Assembly (NCBI GenBank): GCA_049724395.1
Contig: JAUGWO010000041.1
Coordinates: forward strand, 1-64,000
DNA length: 64,000 nt
Source: Spongospora subterranea f. sp. subterranea
Taxonomy: Eukaryota
Direction of reading: 5' to 3'
Shown: piece after piece, positions 46,955 to 60,000 of the stretch
Layout: every line of letters begins with the position of its first letter
Position numbering within the stretch: the stretch's first letter is position 1
Notes under the pieces: model-generated
Database searches by the model: none
What the model saw: only the letters and a program-made list of their open reading frames with translations
What the model was told of the DNA's origin: nothing
Made by a program: the position numbers and the translations under genes

Positions 46955-48992
46955 CCCTACAATCCACGAGGAAGCGATGACTCTTACAATAAAGCAAATA
47001 ACCAATTTGTTACCCAAATATGAATTTGAACTAGTAGTACTTTGAAGTTGATAGAAGATGCAATGTGTGTTGGCATGCGCTGCACAAAGGTTCAAGTCTT
47101 TGAACCTACCGGTAGCTGCACCAGTAGCTGCTGTATCACAATCATTGATCCTGTGTGCGGCCCATGCCTTCCACTGAGGTCTTGACTACAGTACCACGGT
47201 TGACAGTTAGGGACATGATATCATGGCTATGCAATGCCACACCCCAATCTGGTCTATTCTTCATCATCAGCAATTTTAGGAGGTTTAACAAATGGCTCCA
47301 CAAATTTAAGTTTGAGCGTACTCACCCATTTTAAATACGGATCCTCAAGTGCACATTCATATCCAATTTTGACGCTCAGGCAAGTGCCGATGAGGTTACA
47401 ATTCCAAAGTAAACGTTGTTCTCACAAGACAAAACGCGAGCTGTAGGCTATACCAAGTTCTAAGGTCAATGTTTTGAATGACCATTCAGACAAGTGAAGT
47501 AAGCATTTGGCATTCAGTAGTTTCGACACTGTATTTATGCGGTTTTCTGACCAGAAGTAAAGCTTTTAAGATATATCTATCAATTCAAGAGGCACTCATC
47601 GTGGAATTGAGACATATCGCATCTTTCGAAGATCACCGGTTGATGTCGCAAATTAAACGAATGCATAACGTCAAGTGGCTTTGCACCCGCTGTTTTTGGT
47701 GTGCGCCGATCAAAACCGCATTTTGCAAGCTCTGCGGTGTCTTCATGAGGCTGTAGAAGAAACAGAGACTTTAATGCCAGCATTACGAGAGATAAAATGC
47801 CCGAATGCACCAAAAAATGATGTGTATCATGCATCAAACTTTTTGACCATCAAAAAACGAGTAAAACACTCCACTGCAGGAAATATATTACTATTTCTCA
47901 CAACAACTTCACTGATTGTTTTAACAGGCCTATCATGCCCACAGCAACTGTTCATAAAACCATTCCGTTATCAAGAAACGCGAAAACGTGTAAGAAACGC
48001 ATATCACTACATATTCGTAAAGATTTTTGACCACATCCAGTGAAAGCTAAAAAAGAATTGAAAAAACAGTACCGGGCGATCAGGTGGGGCAATACTGTTT
48101 TCCTTTTTATGCCTGATCAAATGATCATAACCATCGGGGACCCTGATTAAGAGTAGAAACACTTTCTAGAATACGCATTTACTAATGTTCGGTGTAAGCA
48201 CAAACCCCATAGGGGGCGAAATTGGGGCTACAGAAACTGCTTTGCGTAGATGACTGTAATCGACGTACGGTAGTATTGTTTTATCTAAATGAATCAACTG
48301 CTTGCTACACGACTTGTTTGTTATTGCCTCTGCTGAAGTGTAGAGTGCTCTGGCGGCGGTCACTCATTAGGTCAACGTGAACGGGCAGTAACAACGCGTT
48401 CCAACACAGGAGCGGATGACGACTTTTTTCAAGCATCGTAAAAGGCAATGGGCGCGATAGAGCACAGTAACGACAGATAATGCTGAGTGAATTTTCGTTA
48501 CGTCGGTATACCTGGAAAGGTTTCCCCTCTCCGAACCTCGTCTCTGTTGATGTAACGCCATAGTGCTGTGCAACAGTTGAAGGTCCAGTCTTCAGTGAAT
48601 GACAGCAGGAGGGCCATTGGAAGTCGGTCCGTGTCCATTCCGTGACTGGAAAACACACTCAACCAGTCAAATTTGTGACGGGGGGAAGGCCCAAAATAGG
48701 CATGTCCAGACTAGGAATGCTACATGTCTGCCCTGACCGACTGAAATCCTTGCGTAGCCGGCATCCTTCACTATGCAATATCTTGCCAGACCTTGGAGTA
48801 GACCTTTGGTGTTTCACACTTGCGCCGTCGGGTGCGATCCGACATTATTTTCTTGAGGTTGAGGAGCGACTCAAATTGCGATTGCGTCTTGGAACCACCC
48901 GGTACGATCGGCTTAATGATCCTATAATATCGGAATGTGGTACCTGATAAAATGCCATTCTCATAGCATTATTCATATTATCCTGTCGCTTT

Positions 48993-49610
48993 ATGGCGGC
49001 GTCAGGAAATAGTTTCGCGGATCCTGGAGCAACTGCATCAATTAATGTCGAATCCTGGCTCAACCAGCGAGTTTTCATCCGCAAAGGCAGATATGTTGGA
49101 CACCTCGGACACGTCACCGATTTCTATCATGGAAAGTTTCGAGTTCTGGTTGGAGACGATACTGTGAACAAGAATGCATCACAACTGGAAATATTCGATC
49201 CATCGCAACATCTCTCGACGTTAGAAATTCCTGGATTGCTGAAAACCTCAAGAACTGGCGGGAAAGCTGCCCCCAGTCTAATTGGTTCTAGAGTTCGTAT
49301 ATTGACCGGAAAGTTTAATGGTTATTGCGGTTTTGTAAGCAAAGGAGGCAATGGGTATTTCGCTGTTGAAATTGAGGGCGGTATGGGCGATCCTTCTGCA
49401 ACGGTTATGAAGCGAAGCTCAGAGTTAGTCATTCTTTCGGGGTCAAGTAAACTCAATTCCGGGGAGGTCAGCTCCACTACAGGAGAAGACGTTCGAAAGG
49501 CAGCAGTAATTTTATTGAATCTGATGCGACCAGATTCACCTGCTCAGAAGAACATATGTCGAGAGCCAGATGCCTGCGATACCATTGAGGGTTGTTCAAC
49601 GCACTGCTGA
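48993..49610 (+). CDS. Small protein with two KOW-like motifs
   Basis: RVFIRKGRYVGHLGHV and RVRILTGKFNGYCGFV match the KOW pattern; intronless 205-aa ORF. Confidence 0.7.
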   Translation: MAASGNSFADPGATASINVESWLNQRVFIRKGRYVGHLGHVTDFYHGKFRVLVGDDTVNKNASQLEIFDPSQHLSTLEIPGLLKTSRTGGKAAPSLIGSRVRILTGKFNGYCGFVSKGGNGYFAVEIEGGMGDPSATVMKRSSELVILSGSSKLNSGEVSSTTGEDVRKAAVILLNLMRPDSPAQKNICREPDACDTIEGCSTHC

Positions 49611-49846
49611 TTTCTAATGTTCAGTGCAAAGGTGATCAGGTACTTGATCAATAGTAGAGTTCTCGATAACTCTGTACGCATTTAGAGACGGCTGCGATAA
49701 GTACCAAGTTGATCGCCAAGCCTAATAAATTAAATAAAATGTACCCCTTAGCTACTTCCTAATACATTTGGCTTTACTAGCGTGAATAACGAACACATCA
49801 CTCAAATCTGATTGATATATCAATAATAAACTAAGGAAACCCCATC

Positions 49847-52701
49847 TTATCCAAATTGGACAAGAGTCCTCTTTTTCGATTTCCGATGTTTTCGGGAGGA
49901 TTCTTGCGGTTCGCTGGTATCCATTAAGATATCAGCCGATACTGATGAAGCATCAATACTTTGAACTGATCGTTCACGGCCGGATTTAATGTTGCTGAAC
50001 AAGGTGACAACGAAGTCGACAAGAATGTACAGATCGACGGCAGACATGACAGTAAGAATTTTCACAAAACTTTGGCGTACTGAACTATATTCGGCGTTTT
50101 GGGCCAACCTCAACGCAACTTGGAGTTGCGTAATGTGATGAACAGCAACACCGAGGTTGTTGAGCGGCAAGCCGAGGTCGAGATCAGAGACTGTGATGGT
50201 GCGAGCTTGATTTCGGGATCTCCTGAGCGCGGAAGCAGTAACCGGAATGGCATCACCGGAAGCGAATCTGTTGCAGCTATCAGCACAAAGAACAGCAATA
50301 TTGGCCTTTTCTACTACCTATCCTGAAAAACTGAAATGCTGTCTCTGACGAGCGCCACGGCGAACTCTAACCGCCTGGCAACAACGGCGGGCAATTGAAT
50401 GGTTTTTACATTAAGACAGTGAACTGATTCTAGAAGAGTGGTCCAATGGTATTCATCAGACGGATTCATGACTGCGTCGATGGCCGACCCCACTGAGGAC
50501 AAGCAAGGAAAGGAGTCCATTGTCGGAGGCGCTCCATTAAATTGATTCCGGGTCGATGGCTGAGATGGATGCGATGTAACCCAGAGAGGAGCTTGCGATG
50601 GTGTCGAAGAAGCATTATTCGCTTGTTGCACCCTTTCAGAAACTGTTGGCACCCTCTCAGGAGCTGTTGGATGGTGGGTAGAAGCGACACGAGAGCTGCT
50701 TGCATGATAAAAAATTAATCATAAAATTATACGAGATGAGTCTCAACATATTGATTTACCTTGAATTTGGAGTAGTTCGAGGCATTTCTACCTGAGCCCG
50801 ATACACCAAGAAAAGCGCTTGGCGTTTACCTTCCTCTGGAAGCAATGCTATCAATTCTTCCAAAATATCCTGCGTTTCCAAGCTCAATCCGCCAAACGCC
50901 TCAATGAAAAACGCCAGGAAATCAGCCGCTTTGACATCATTTCTGCACAAAAAATCTTGTGATACTTCCTTAACTTTTCTATAAGCAGGACCATCGTTTA
51001 GAAACTTCTTCATTTTCGTGATTAACGCTTTGTTACGACGTTTGGCTTCATCTGCAGGACAGGGACCAGGAATTGGATTTACAGGACGGACGAGATCACG
51101 TTTCGGCACAGCAGGAGGGTTTCTGTTCTGAGAAACGTGGTTGGATTGGCGCGAACGAGCAAGCGGGGCATCAGGTCTTGAGAGTTGAGGCACTATTCTA
51201 TCGGTTCGTATCAAACCATTATGCGCTTGCTGCAGGGAAGGAAATGCATCTGCCCCCGAAAGGGGTTGATCGAAACGGCGGTACACTCCCCAGCCGCCCA
51301 AGCTGGTGGTCGGTGTTGACGTTGATGCAGATGGGAATTCCTCCTGGTCATGAATTGGAAGCATCGCTGGCGTTGGGGTATTTCGAGATTGAGGATCCTC
51401 AAAATTGGTAACCCCGGGTGTGCGGTACACCAAATCAACTGTTAAAAATTCGCATGTAAACAGAATCGAAAAATTTCTTGGAACTGTAGAAGCGGAAAGC
51501 GGAACAAACCTTGCACATTCCCCATCGCACGTTTTTCTTTCTGTGTTAAGCTACCACTATGGACGGAAAGGCGATGCGCTTTCAACTCTAGCTCCGTTGG
51601 AAACGCCACAAATCTCGCCAACCTGCACTGTTGATCGTCACAAAGGAAATGACGACTCCGAAAATGTGCTTCTAAGCTGATCATTTAGTGTTAGAATTTG
51701 CGACAAGAAGCAATGTAATAAAACGGATACTCTTGGTATGTCTTTTCGTATATTTTCTTGGGATCGGATCCACGCTTGAAACAGAAATGACAATGATAAT
51801 GTTCCCGTTCCATATGATTAAATAATTCGTCTGACCCGAAAAATCCAGTTCGACAAAAATCACAGGTCGGATGAGGTTCCTGCACGGAAATATGTAAATC
51901 AATGACAATTAGTAAGTAATTTGACAGATTACACCTGAGCAGGCTGAGAATTCGAGCGCGGACGCCCATGTTTATTATGCTGCTTGAACGCTGTCGAGAC
52001 AAAAAGGTGATTTGAAGAAACTACATAACAATAAAAGCCAATACCTTCATCATTGAATAAACGTAACTCGCCGACAAAAGCTTTGCGATGCAATGCACAA
52101 ACCTTCAAGGATTGTGAGAAGTAACACATACAGGACGTTAAATTACCATGCAGAATTGCAAGTGATGCTTCCTTTTCAGATGCGCTTGAAGGGCGTCTAG
52201 CGAAAGAAAATCGAAATTGACTCCTACTTGATCACATTTGACGCAATGAAATGTCAGCAATTTGCTATATTTTGCAGCCTGATGAACAATCTGATGAGCT
52301 TCTGAATCATCAAATGGAACAATGTTAAAATCACCAAATCAGCTGAAACGGCACGTGCGCCGATACTCTCAAGTGAAACTAAGTTCTGCTGGGAATAATC
52401 GTTGTAGGATACTGCGTCAGATGCATTCCTAAACACCACGTCTGGCCATGCAGACTTGCCTACATTGTGACAGAAATTTTAGATGGAAACATAGATCTTC
52501 AATTTACAATCGCCCAGAGCAGGCAGCAAGCTTACAGAAAGGACAGCATCGTGGCGCTGCTAGATGTCGGGTTATTTTAACCACACAGGTCGCACATATT
52601 TGGCCATCATGGGCACACGGAACGGCCGCAGCGTCATTCATTGCGAAGGCGCACACAAGGCACATTCGCCCATCGTCGGCCGACCTCTTTGTGGGTTCCA
52701 T
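49847..52701 (-). CDS. ZNF598: RING/C2H2 E3 ubiquitin ligase ZNF598/Hel2 homologue, multi-exon
   Basis: N-terminal RING CLVC...PCAH...CATC...CPFCK; HPTCDFCRTGFFGSDELFNHMEREHYHCHFC; LEAHFRSRHFLCDDQQCRLARFVAFPTELELKAHRLSVH; EEFPS/DAFPSL motifs. Confidence 0.9.
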
Positions 52702-54081
52702 CTGTGGCAGCCCTGGTAGACACGAATCCCCTGATGCTGATTAACCAAAGGAACGCGTGAATACAAGGACAGAACAGAATGTCACTTTGTCGTTGCCGCG
52801 CACAATTGACGCGGAGAGTTTCGATACATGATGTTTCAGCGGCAGTTCACACCCAGACAGCGGCGCAAACTATCTGCTGTCCGCTTTCTTCGATCAGGAT
52901 TTTTTTGAAGCCCCATCAGGCCATTACGTTGGGAAAAATGAAGACATCTGACTTTTTATTTTTGTTAGGTTATACAGTACAAGATTTTCCGCAAAAAAAA
53001 CGCTTACGGGAACCGTCCATTTGCACGCCTAGCCTAAATCAAAATTTATCACAGCACTCATCAAAGGGACGCCCGACTTGGAACAAACCTACGGGCCTAT
53101 ATTTGATGGTACTACAGCAACCTTCAGTATATCTGCTGTTTGTCAAGATTTCTTGCTCGTGCTGGCTCAATTGAATTTATCACGTTGGGCGATTTACCCA
53201 TGAGAGTTGTTCCATTGTATGACGTGTGATCTCTAGCAGCGGTCAGCGGCAGCGTGTCCTGCCCAATCTTTGAATGCCCTTCTAAACCCACATGAGCAAG
53301 CATCAAAGGATATTCCGTCCATTGATGCTTCTCAGAAAAAGTCTACAAGCGCCCCATATGAGTTTTTTTTCAGTCAAAATGCTTCAAATGAGGCTCAGTT
53401 TCTTCATGCAACAAAAACTGGAAGTTCGGGAGTTGAACCGTGACTGGTTTGCACTGTAAACTTGTGACATCAGTAAACTGGGTTAATACCGCAGACTATG
53501 GTTTCAGCCTCGAATGAATTCTCAAACGTGCCTGTTAAAAACGTAGAATCCCGAGTATAGTGCTGATTCCCTGTGGAACTAAATCGCATTTGTCTCCAGA
53601 GCGAAACTGGTGACATTTTTCACCCATTGAAACCAGGTTGGCGGTGAATCGCTGTCTTGACGAAATGTCTGTAACAACCCGATGCTACCTCTGAGTGATT
53701 GCTGAAAGAAACTGTCGCATTTTGTTCCGTCGTTCCTCGCGTTTTTGTCCCCCTTTTGTTTCTAACCAGAATATCTCCTGATTACATATAGCCCAAACAC
53801 GTGCCAAGAGTGCGAAGATGAACCCGCCTGGGTCTCACAACTTTCTCCTGATTGGCAACAGACACGAATTGATCATTGTGCAGACACCATGAGAATCTAC
53901 ATACAGTAGCCACCATCTTGGAGACGCGTGTAACCGAAATGTGGTTGCGCCTTTCTCCCATATCTGGTACTATACACAATACCACCACGAACTATCGGTT
54001 TCCTTTTCCCAGACCTGATTTTCTTCTATCAGGAAGGAGAGCGACATGTCACCTCTGACTTGGTGAAGCTTCTAAGATCGC

Positions 54082-57000
54082 ATGGACCAGCATGGTCAAC
54101 CCAATCTGTCCAATGATATGGATGGTGACAACAATCAATGGAGGCAGATGTTTGCAACGCTGACTGCCAAAATATCGCAAGAGGCAGATGAGGATGTTCG
54201 GAAAATACTGCAAGATTCTGCCTATAGTGCTCAGGAACGCAATGTAGGGTCGGTATTGGCAGCTTCCACATCCAAGCCAAAACTGGTTTCTGAAATACCT
54301 CCCAAACAAAACAATAACGACACGATAGGAGGAAGAAGCCATGAAGAATTGTCGAGCGATGTTGAAGCACTTCAAACAAAAGTTGATTTTTTGACTCAGA
54401 AATTGGAAAGAGAACGGGAGCTGAATACTTCTCTGAAATCGGAACTTGTTCAATTGAAGGACAAATTACAAGACGAAGTGAACAAGCAAGAAAGCTTGAC
54501 CATGACGCAAAATTCTAGATTTGAACAGACAATATCTGCAATTTTAGAGATGCTCAAAGCAATTCATAGTTGCGGGTCGGAAGCATCCATGGAGAAGGTG
54601 ATGCAAACTGCTATTGGAGGACAGCTGGTTAAACTATTTGATACCTCATCTCGACGAATTCGAGATTGTCCACAGTCGGTGCAAGATGCGGCGAACACTA
54701 AGCAAGAGACGCAAAGTGAGGAGACCTTGTGCATTCCGATTGTAGAAGGCAGCGAAGGCTCCGTCAGAAATGTCCTTCAGGTTGGCTCAATTGCGGAATC
54801 GTATGGAATCATGATTGCGAGAATAGCATGTGAATCTTTGCGAATCCGCCTCAGTTTAGCCATTGCAAAAGATAAAGAGACGTCTATCACCGAGAGATGC
54901 GAGACTCTGGTGTCAATGGTTAGCATTATTGGCAACGTGGAGTCCGAACGCGCTCGTCATCCGTCAATGATTACATGGGCTCAGGAGCAGCTCTCGGCGA
55001 CACTAAAATGCCAAACTTGTAGGATCTGGCTTATTGACGAGACGACAAATGAGCTATTGTCATATACTGGAGATCCTGCAGTAGAGCATCGAGAACAGGC
55101 TGGAACCGGTATAATTGGATATGTTCAAAACACTAAGCAATATCTTATTAACAATGGATTATTGTCCCTTCATCCTCGTTTCAATGCAAAAGTTGATGCT
55201 CCTAAAGGGATCGACATTCAGCGTTGCTCTTCACTGCTGTGTGTTCCTGCTGCCGAAAATTCCGATGGAACTGTTCATGCAATCATACAATTTCTGAACA
55301 AGCGAGACTCTCAAAAGTTCACAAATTCAGACCTCGAAACTGCTCAAATATTTTGCCGACGTCTTTGCAGTGCCATTCGCCGAGAAAAGAGGGCCTCGGC
55401 AAGAAGTGACCAAAGAGAGAAGGACCTGAGCAATGCCACCATACAATGCGAGCAGTGGAAGGCGCGTATGACAGCTTGCGAATCAATGTCAAACCTATTT
55501 GGGACCGAGGGCCTGGATCTGTACCCAGGAAATTTCTCAAGCAAGGTGACAAGTGCATTGATGGAAGCTTTGAACGCGGACGTGGTCACCATCGCAGCTG
55601 TCATGCCTCGTCATTTACTCCCGTTCCGATTCGAGCGTGTTGATAAGATCTCTAGTTCCGCTGCGTTCAGGAAGCTCGCGAAACAGGCTATCGATACTCG
55701 AAGCATTACGTCCAGAGCAAATGTCAACGTAGCCAAAGTATCCCAACCCCTAGTTTTAATCTGTGGACCGCTGTTGGTAACAACAAGCAGCTTGTGCATA
55801 CAAAAAAGCTAACTAGTTTTTGAATCAGGTTGGATTCCTTAGGGCGTGTTATTGCTACTGTTCTGGCCGGTGTAAAATCTTCGAAATACGGTCCTCATAG
55901 CAGTGTAATCATTTCAATATTTAGCGCAATGTGTGGTGCATTTCTAGACCGCAAACACAGCCAATTAAATGCTGCTTTCACAAATCGTATGCCCTTAAAA
56001 GACGAGGAAGAATCTAGTCGCAGTCTTCGGGCTAACAAGGAAAATGCGCCAACACATCATTTGGTACGACATCAACCGTCGTCTTTAAGAATTGATTCTC
56101 TCCCTAGAGCGCCATCATTTACCGAACTGGATGAACATCTGAGCTCTGAAGATGAGGCAAATCCGCCACCTTTTTCGAGGACATCTTCAGTAGGTACTGC
56201 TGAAACCGATGCCCTAGGCCTCCAGGAACAGAGGGAATTCGCTGCCGATGGCGGTGATGGTGCTTTAGCCCTAACTTCCACAGGAAGCGGGTCGGTCTCA
56301 GAATGGCGTGATTGGATGACAAACGAACTTCCAAGTGATACTGAGCCCGAAGACAAGCCCAAACACATATCAACCACTGACGAAGCGCGGATCAAAAGCT
56401 TTGCGCTTCTACATGCTGGTTCTGTGTCCAATGTATATGATGTCCCCGGCCCATCGTCTCGAAATCGAAGCGGTTCTATTCGTAGAAACCTCAACAGGGA
56501 CACATCCCGGTCAAGACTCGTTCAAGTGGCTCCACCGAAGCTGAAGGAAACAAAGTCTAGTTCAAAGCTGACGAATCCTGCCCCGTATAGGCGACTATCC
56601 CGAATGCAAAGTGAATCGAGGGATCTTGATGAAGTGAATGAAATTCGCGCCGCACTTTACATTGAAAGCGACGATATCTTCGATACCGTTGAATTTACAG
56701 GAGGAGAAGTTGAATATGTACACCCAGATGGCGACGAAACCTCAGATCAAGTTTTCGGGTTGACCATGCAAGTTCCTCGTCCGAAGCATGATCGAGTTAT
56801 ATCTTTTGACCAAGGTCCATCGTTCTATCTCGACATTTTATCACATGATGATGAGGACACATCTATGAAAAAACAGCCAGATCGCAAGTTCAGCTTGCCG
56901 GTTGAAGATGTGGCAAATGATAAATCTACTACTTTCGACCTAGTAAAATCACATTCGATCGAGCTGGAAACAAAGAACATAGACAATTCTCGGTTTATCA

Positions 57001-60000
57001 TTTCATCAACGTCGTCAACATCTTCGCATCGTTCATCCCGTGGTGGTGGATTTCGCCGTCCCAATTCAACACGCCGTAAGAAGTTTCAAAACGAGGCAGG
57101 AAATGAGAAATCGGCAAAAAAAAAGTCAACCAGCGTTGATGATCATAATTTAACCGCTGGAAATCTTCAGATGATATCGCTAGAAAACGACAATGATGAA
57201 TTACTGAGGGTCATGCAGGCATTAGGAACAACTACAGAATTGCCATTAACGGAAAGCGAACCAGAGGCCATCCTCACTATTGCTGAAGGGGCTCTTTTGG
57301 CTCTTTCTGTGGTGCTGACACAATCGGATCAATTCCAGGTAATTCTATCATATTACAACATATTCTTCTAAGGTATCATTCGCTCTCTTTTTAGATTCGC
57401 ATTGGAAGTCGATGGTACAAGTGGCTGCCAGAGACAGAAACTATCAGCGGAGCGCTCTCTTCTTCATGTATGTCAAAATCTCGATGCACATCTTTGTAGA
57501 CTCTAAAAAATGCCCGATCCATTACCAGTTTACACAATTCCCGCTGGACTTCGTGAACCGCTTGATATGCCCAACTCACCTTCATGGAAAGGGGAGCTCT
57601 GTGCCTACATTGCAAAAGGTCACTTCAACCGCATCGAAATGGCAGGGATGCGGGCCGTTTCGGCCAGATTAAACGCGGTATTGGCCTACCAGTCGCATAT
57701 TGCCAGCCTGTCGCTTCTCCTGTCATCTGAAAATAAAGAGTCGGCGCGACTACAGTCTCAATTGCAGATCGCCACGTCCCTCCTGGAATGTGCTCGGACC
57801 TGTACGCTCTCCAAAGGAGTGCATGTTGTGTTCAACAACGACTCATGCCAACTGGTATGACTGATGCATACCAAGTTATCTACTCTACTAACTAACGGTT
57901 ACATGTTCGCTCTCTTCGTTTAGGCTAAATTTTTAAACGCAGAAAGCGCTCAGATATGGTTATTCGATCAAACATGCGCCCAGCTTTGGACAGCGGTTGA
58001 TACCGGTTCCAACAATACTGTGAAAACGCTGCGATGTCCTATTGACTGTGTGAGCTTATTAACACAGGTCGCGGTATCTCGGTCGGATTTGGTTAGGGGT
58101 GACAATCTGCGATTTTTCTCATCGTTCGATTGTACAGGATATCTGCAGTTTATCACGAGAATGATGAATGTAGTGCATATAATGAAGAAATCGACGGCAT
58201 ATCGGTCGGTCTCAAGTCATCGCTAAAGCCACGTTCATTATTGATTTCTGCCATTGGAAATGACGTGGAGGTGAGAACGCCATTATGCATTATGTACATG
58301 TTGTCATCCTGTCGCGCTTAGGGTGTGTTAGGCGTCATTCGAGTGTGTAATAAATCTGATGCAGATTCGGGGACGAGATCTAAATTCAGCAATGCTGATC
58401 AACGATTTCTGGAATCAGCCTGCGTCATCTTCTTAGACACTGTCAGATCGCACCGAAATAACATGAAATTACAAGATCGGTACTCGGCATATCACATCAG
58501 AAGCATGGTATTGACTTAAAGTTTTCAGATTGGAGCCAGCCCTCAAACTTGCTCAAACAGAAAGACATGGACGCCAGCGAATGCAGGTTTTATTGTCAGC
58601 TCAAGTTTCTCGTCTAAGCAAATTTAATAAGCGCGCTGTACATCTTGGTGAAGCCGCTTCGACCAACACCAAATTTATCAACAGCCTAACGCAAATTTGC
58701 AATGGAAAGAAGGACGGTATCAGAACTCGGTTGGAAGAAGCCTGTCTTACGATGTGGAAATCTATTTGCGGCATCCAGTTCTGCAGCATTTTAGCCGCTT
58801 CAGAAATGATAAAGTCATGGACGGATCTGAAAAGCGTGCATAGCGTTATTGACCTCTCGAATTGCGGTATGTCGATTTTTCAGTTAAGGATTTGATATAA
58901 TTGCTGATACTTTGCTCTCTCAGCAATAAGTGAACTTGTTGAGCATGTTTGCGCAAATAACGAAATAGCAGACAGCGAGGTCTCCCTAAAAGATGTTTCT
59001 GAATTGTGGAATGGCACTGAAACGGGTTCACACGATAAGCGACGATGCTTCTGCTTGCCTATCTGTGATCAGTCTCGCTCAGTAGTCGCTGTTTGCGTAC
59101 TTGTCGGTTCAGAACTGGACTCGCATTTCAATCACGAGCTAGCCACTCTGTTTTGCAGCATTGTCGGCCTATGGCTACAACTGTTTATCAATCTACAGTC
59201 ACTTCAAAGTGAAACTGGCTTGATCCGCTCGGATTTGATAGCTTGCTCTGCGAATCAGCAACGCTTGGAATCAGCTAAGACCGCCTTGCAGAAAGTTCTG
59301 GATCTAATCGCGGACCTCACAAATTGTCCTTCATCGTCAGCTTTGTCTACAGAATTTCTCAAAGGCGTTGACCACCTCTCTGGTTGTCACTCCGTATGGT
59401 GTCCTCCTGGCCTGAAGCCGTTTCAGTTCAGCACAACGACCAGCACGGATAAACCTTTCAGAATTGATGTAAGTTCGGACAGTTTGGAGGTTTTGAAGCA
59501 GCTATATCCCACCGGCAACCTTTGGGATCAAACGTTTATCCGAACATGTGTCGTCAAGGACAGATGTTTGATTTCGATGAATAAGAAGCCGTTTCTAGAC
59601 TCGGATATTGAACTTTTCGATTACATCGGAAGGGTCGGCCTTACTCTCGTGGGATTCATTGAAGAGCATCTAGATAGCACAAAGTTGGTCAAAGATCTGC
59701 AAACCTTTGCCGAGGGTGCTAAGATGGAGCTTCATTTAATGAAGTCTTCATCCATGTACGCATTCTGGTGCAAAGAAGCAGCAGATCGATTATGGGATTC
59801 CGGACTGCAAGATAAGGATACAGTTGTTAAAGAACTTGCTAATCGAGTTGGCTGTAAGCAAGCCAGCTTCGTGATTGTGCAACCGGCGAAATGTTTGCCA
59901 GAGTTAGCACACGAAATTATGTTAACTGATACCAATAGCGATTTACTGAGCAACCCAATATGCATTAATGATGCAGCAGAGGCGAAATCCGTCGCAGTTG

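Noticed and set aside
46078..47095. Long Gly-rich and Arg/Trp-rich ORFs on the minus strand
   Set aside because: They are antisense shadows of the Pro-rich repeat; the + strand has the signal peptide and coherent repeat frame.
47478..47756. CxxC...CxxC zinc-ribbon-like short ORF
   Set aside because: Short, no supporting context, compatible with chance.
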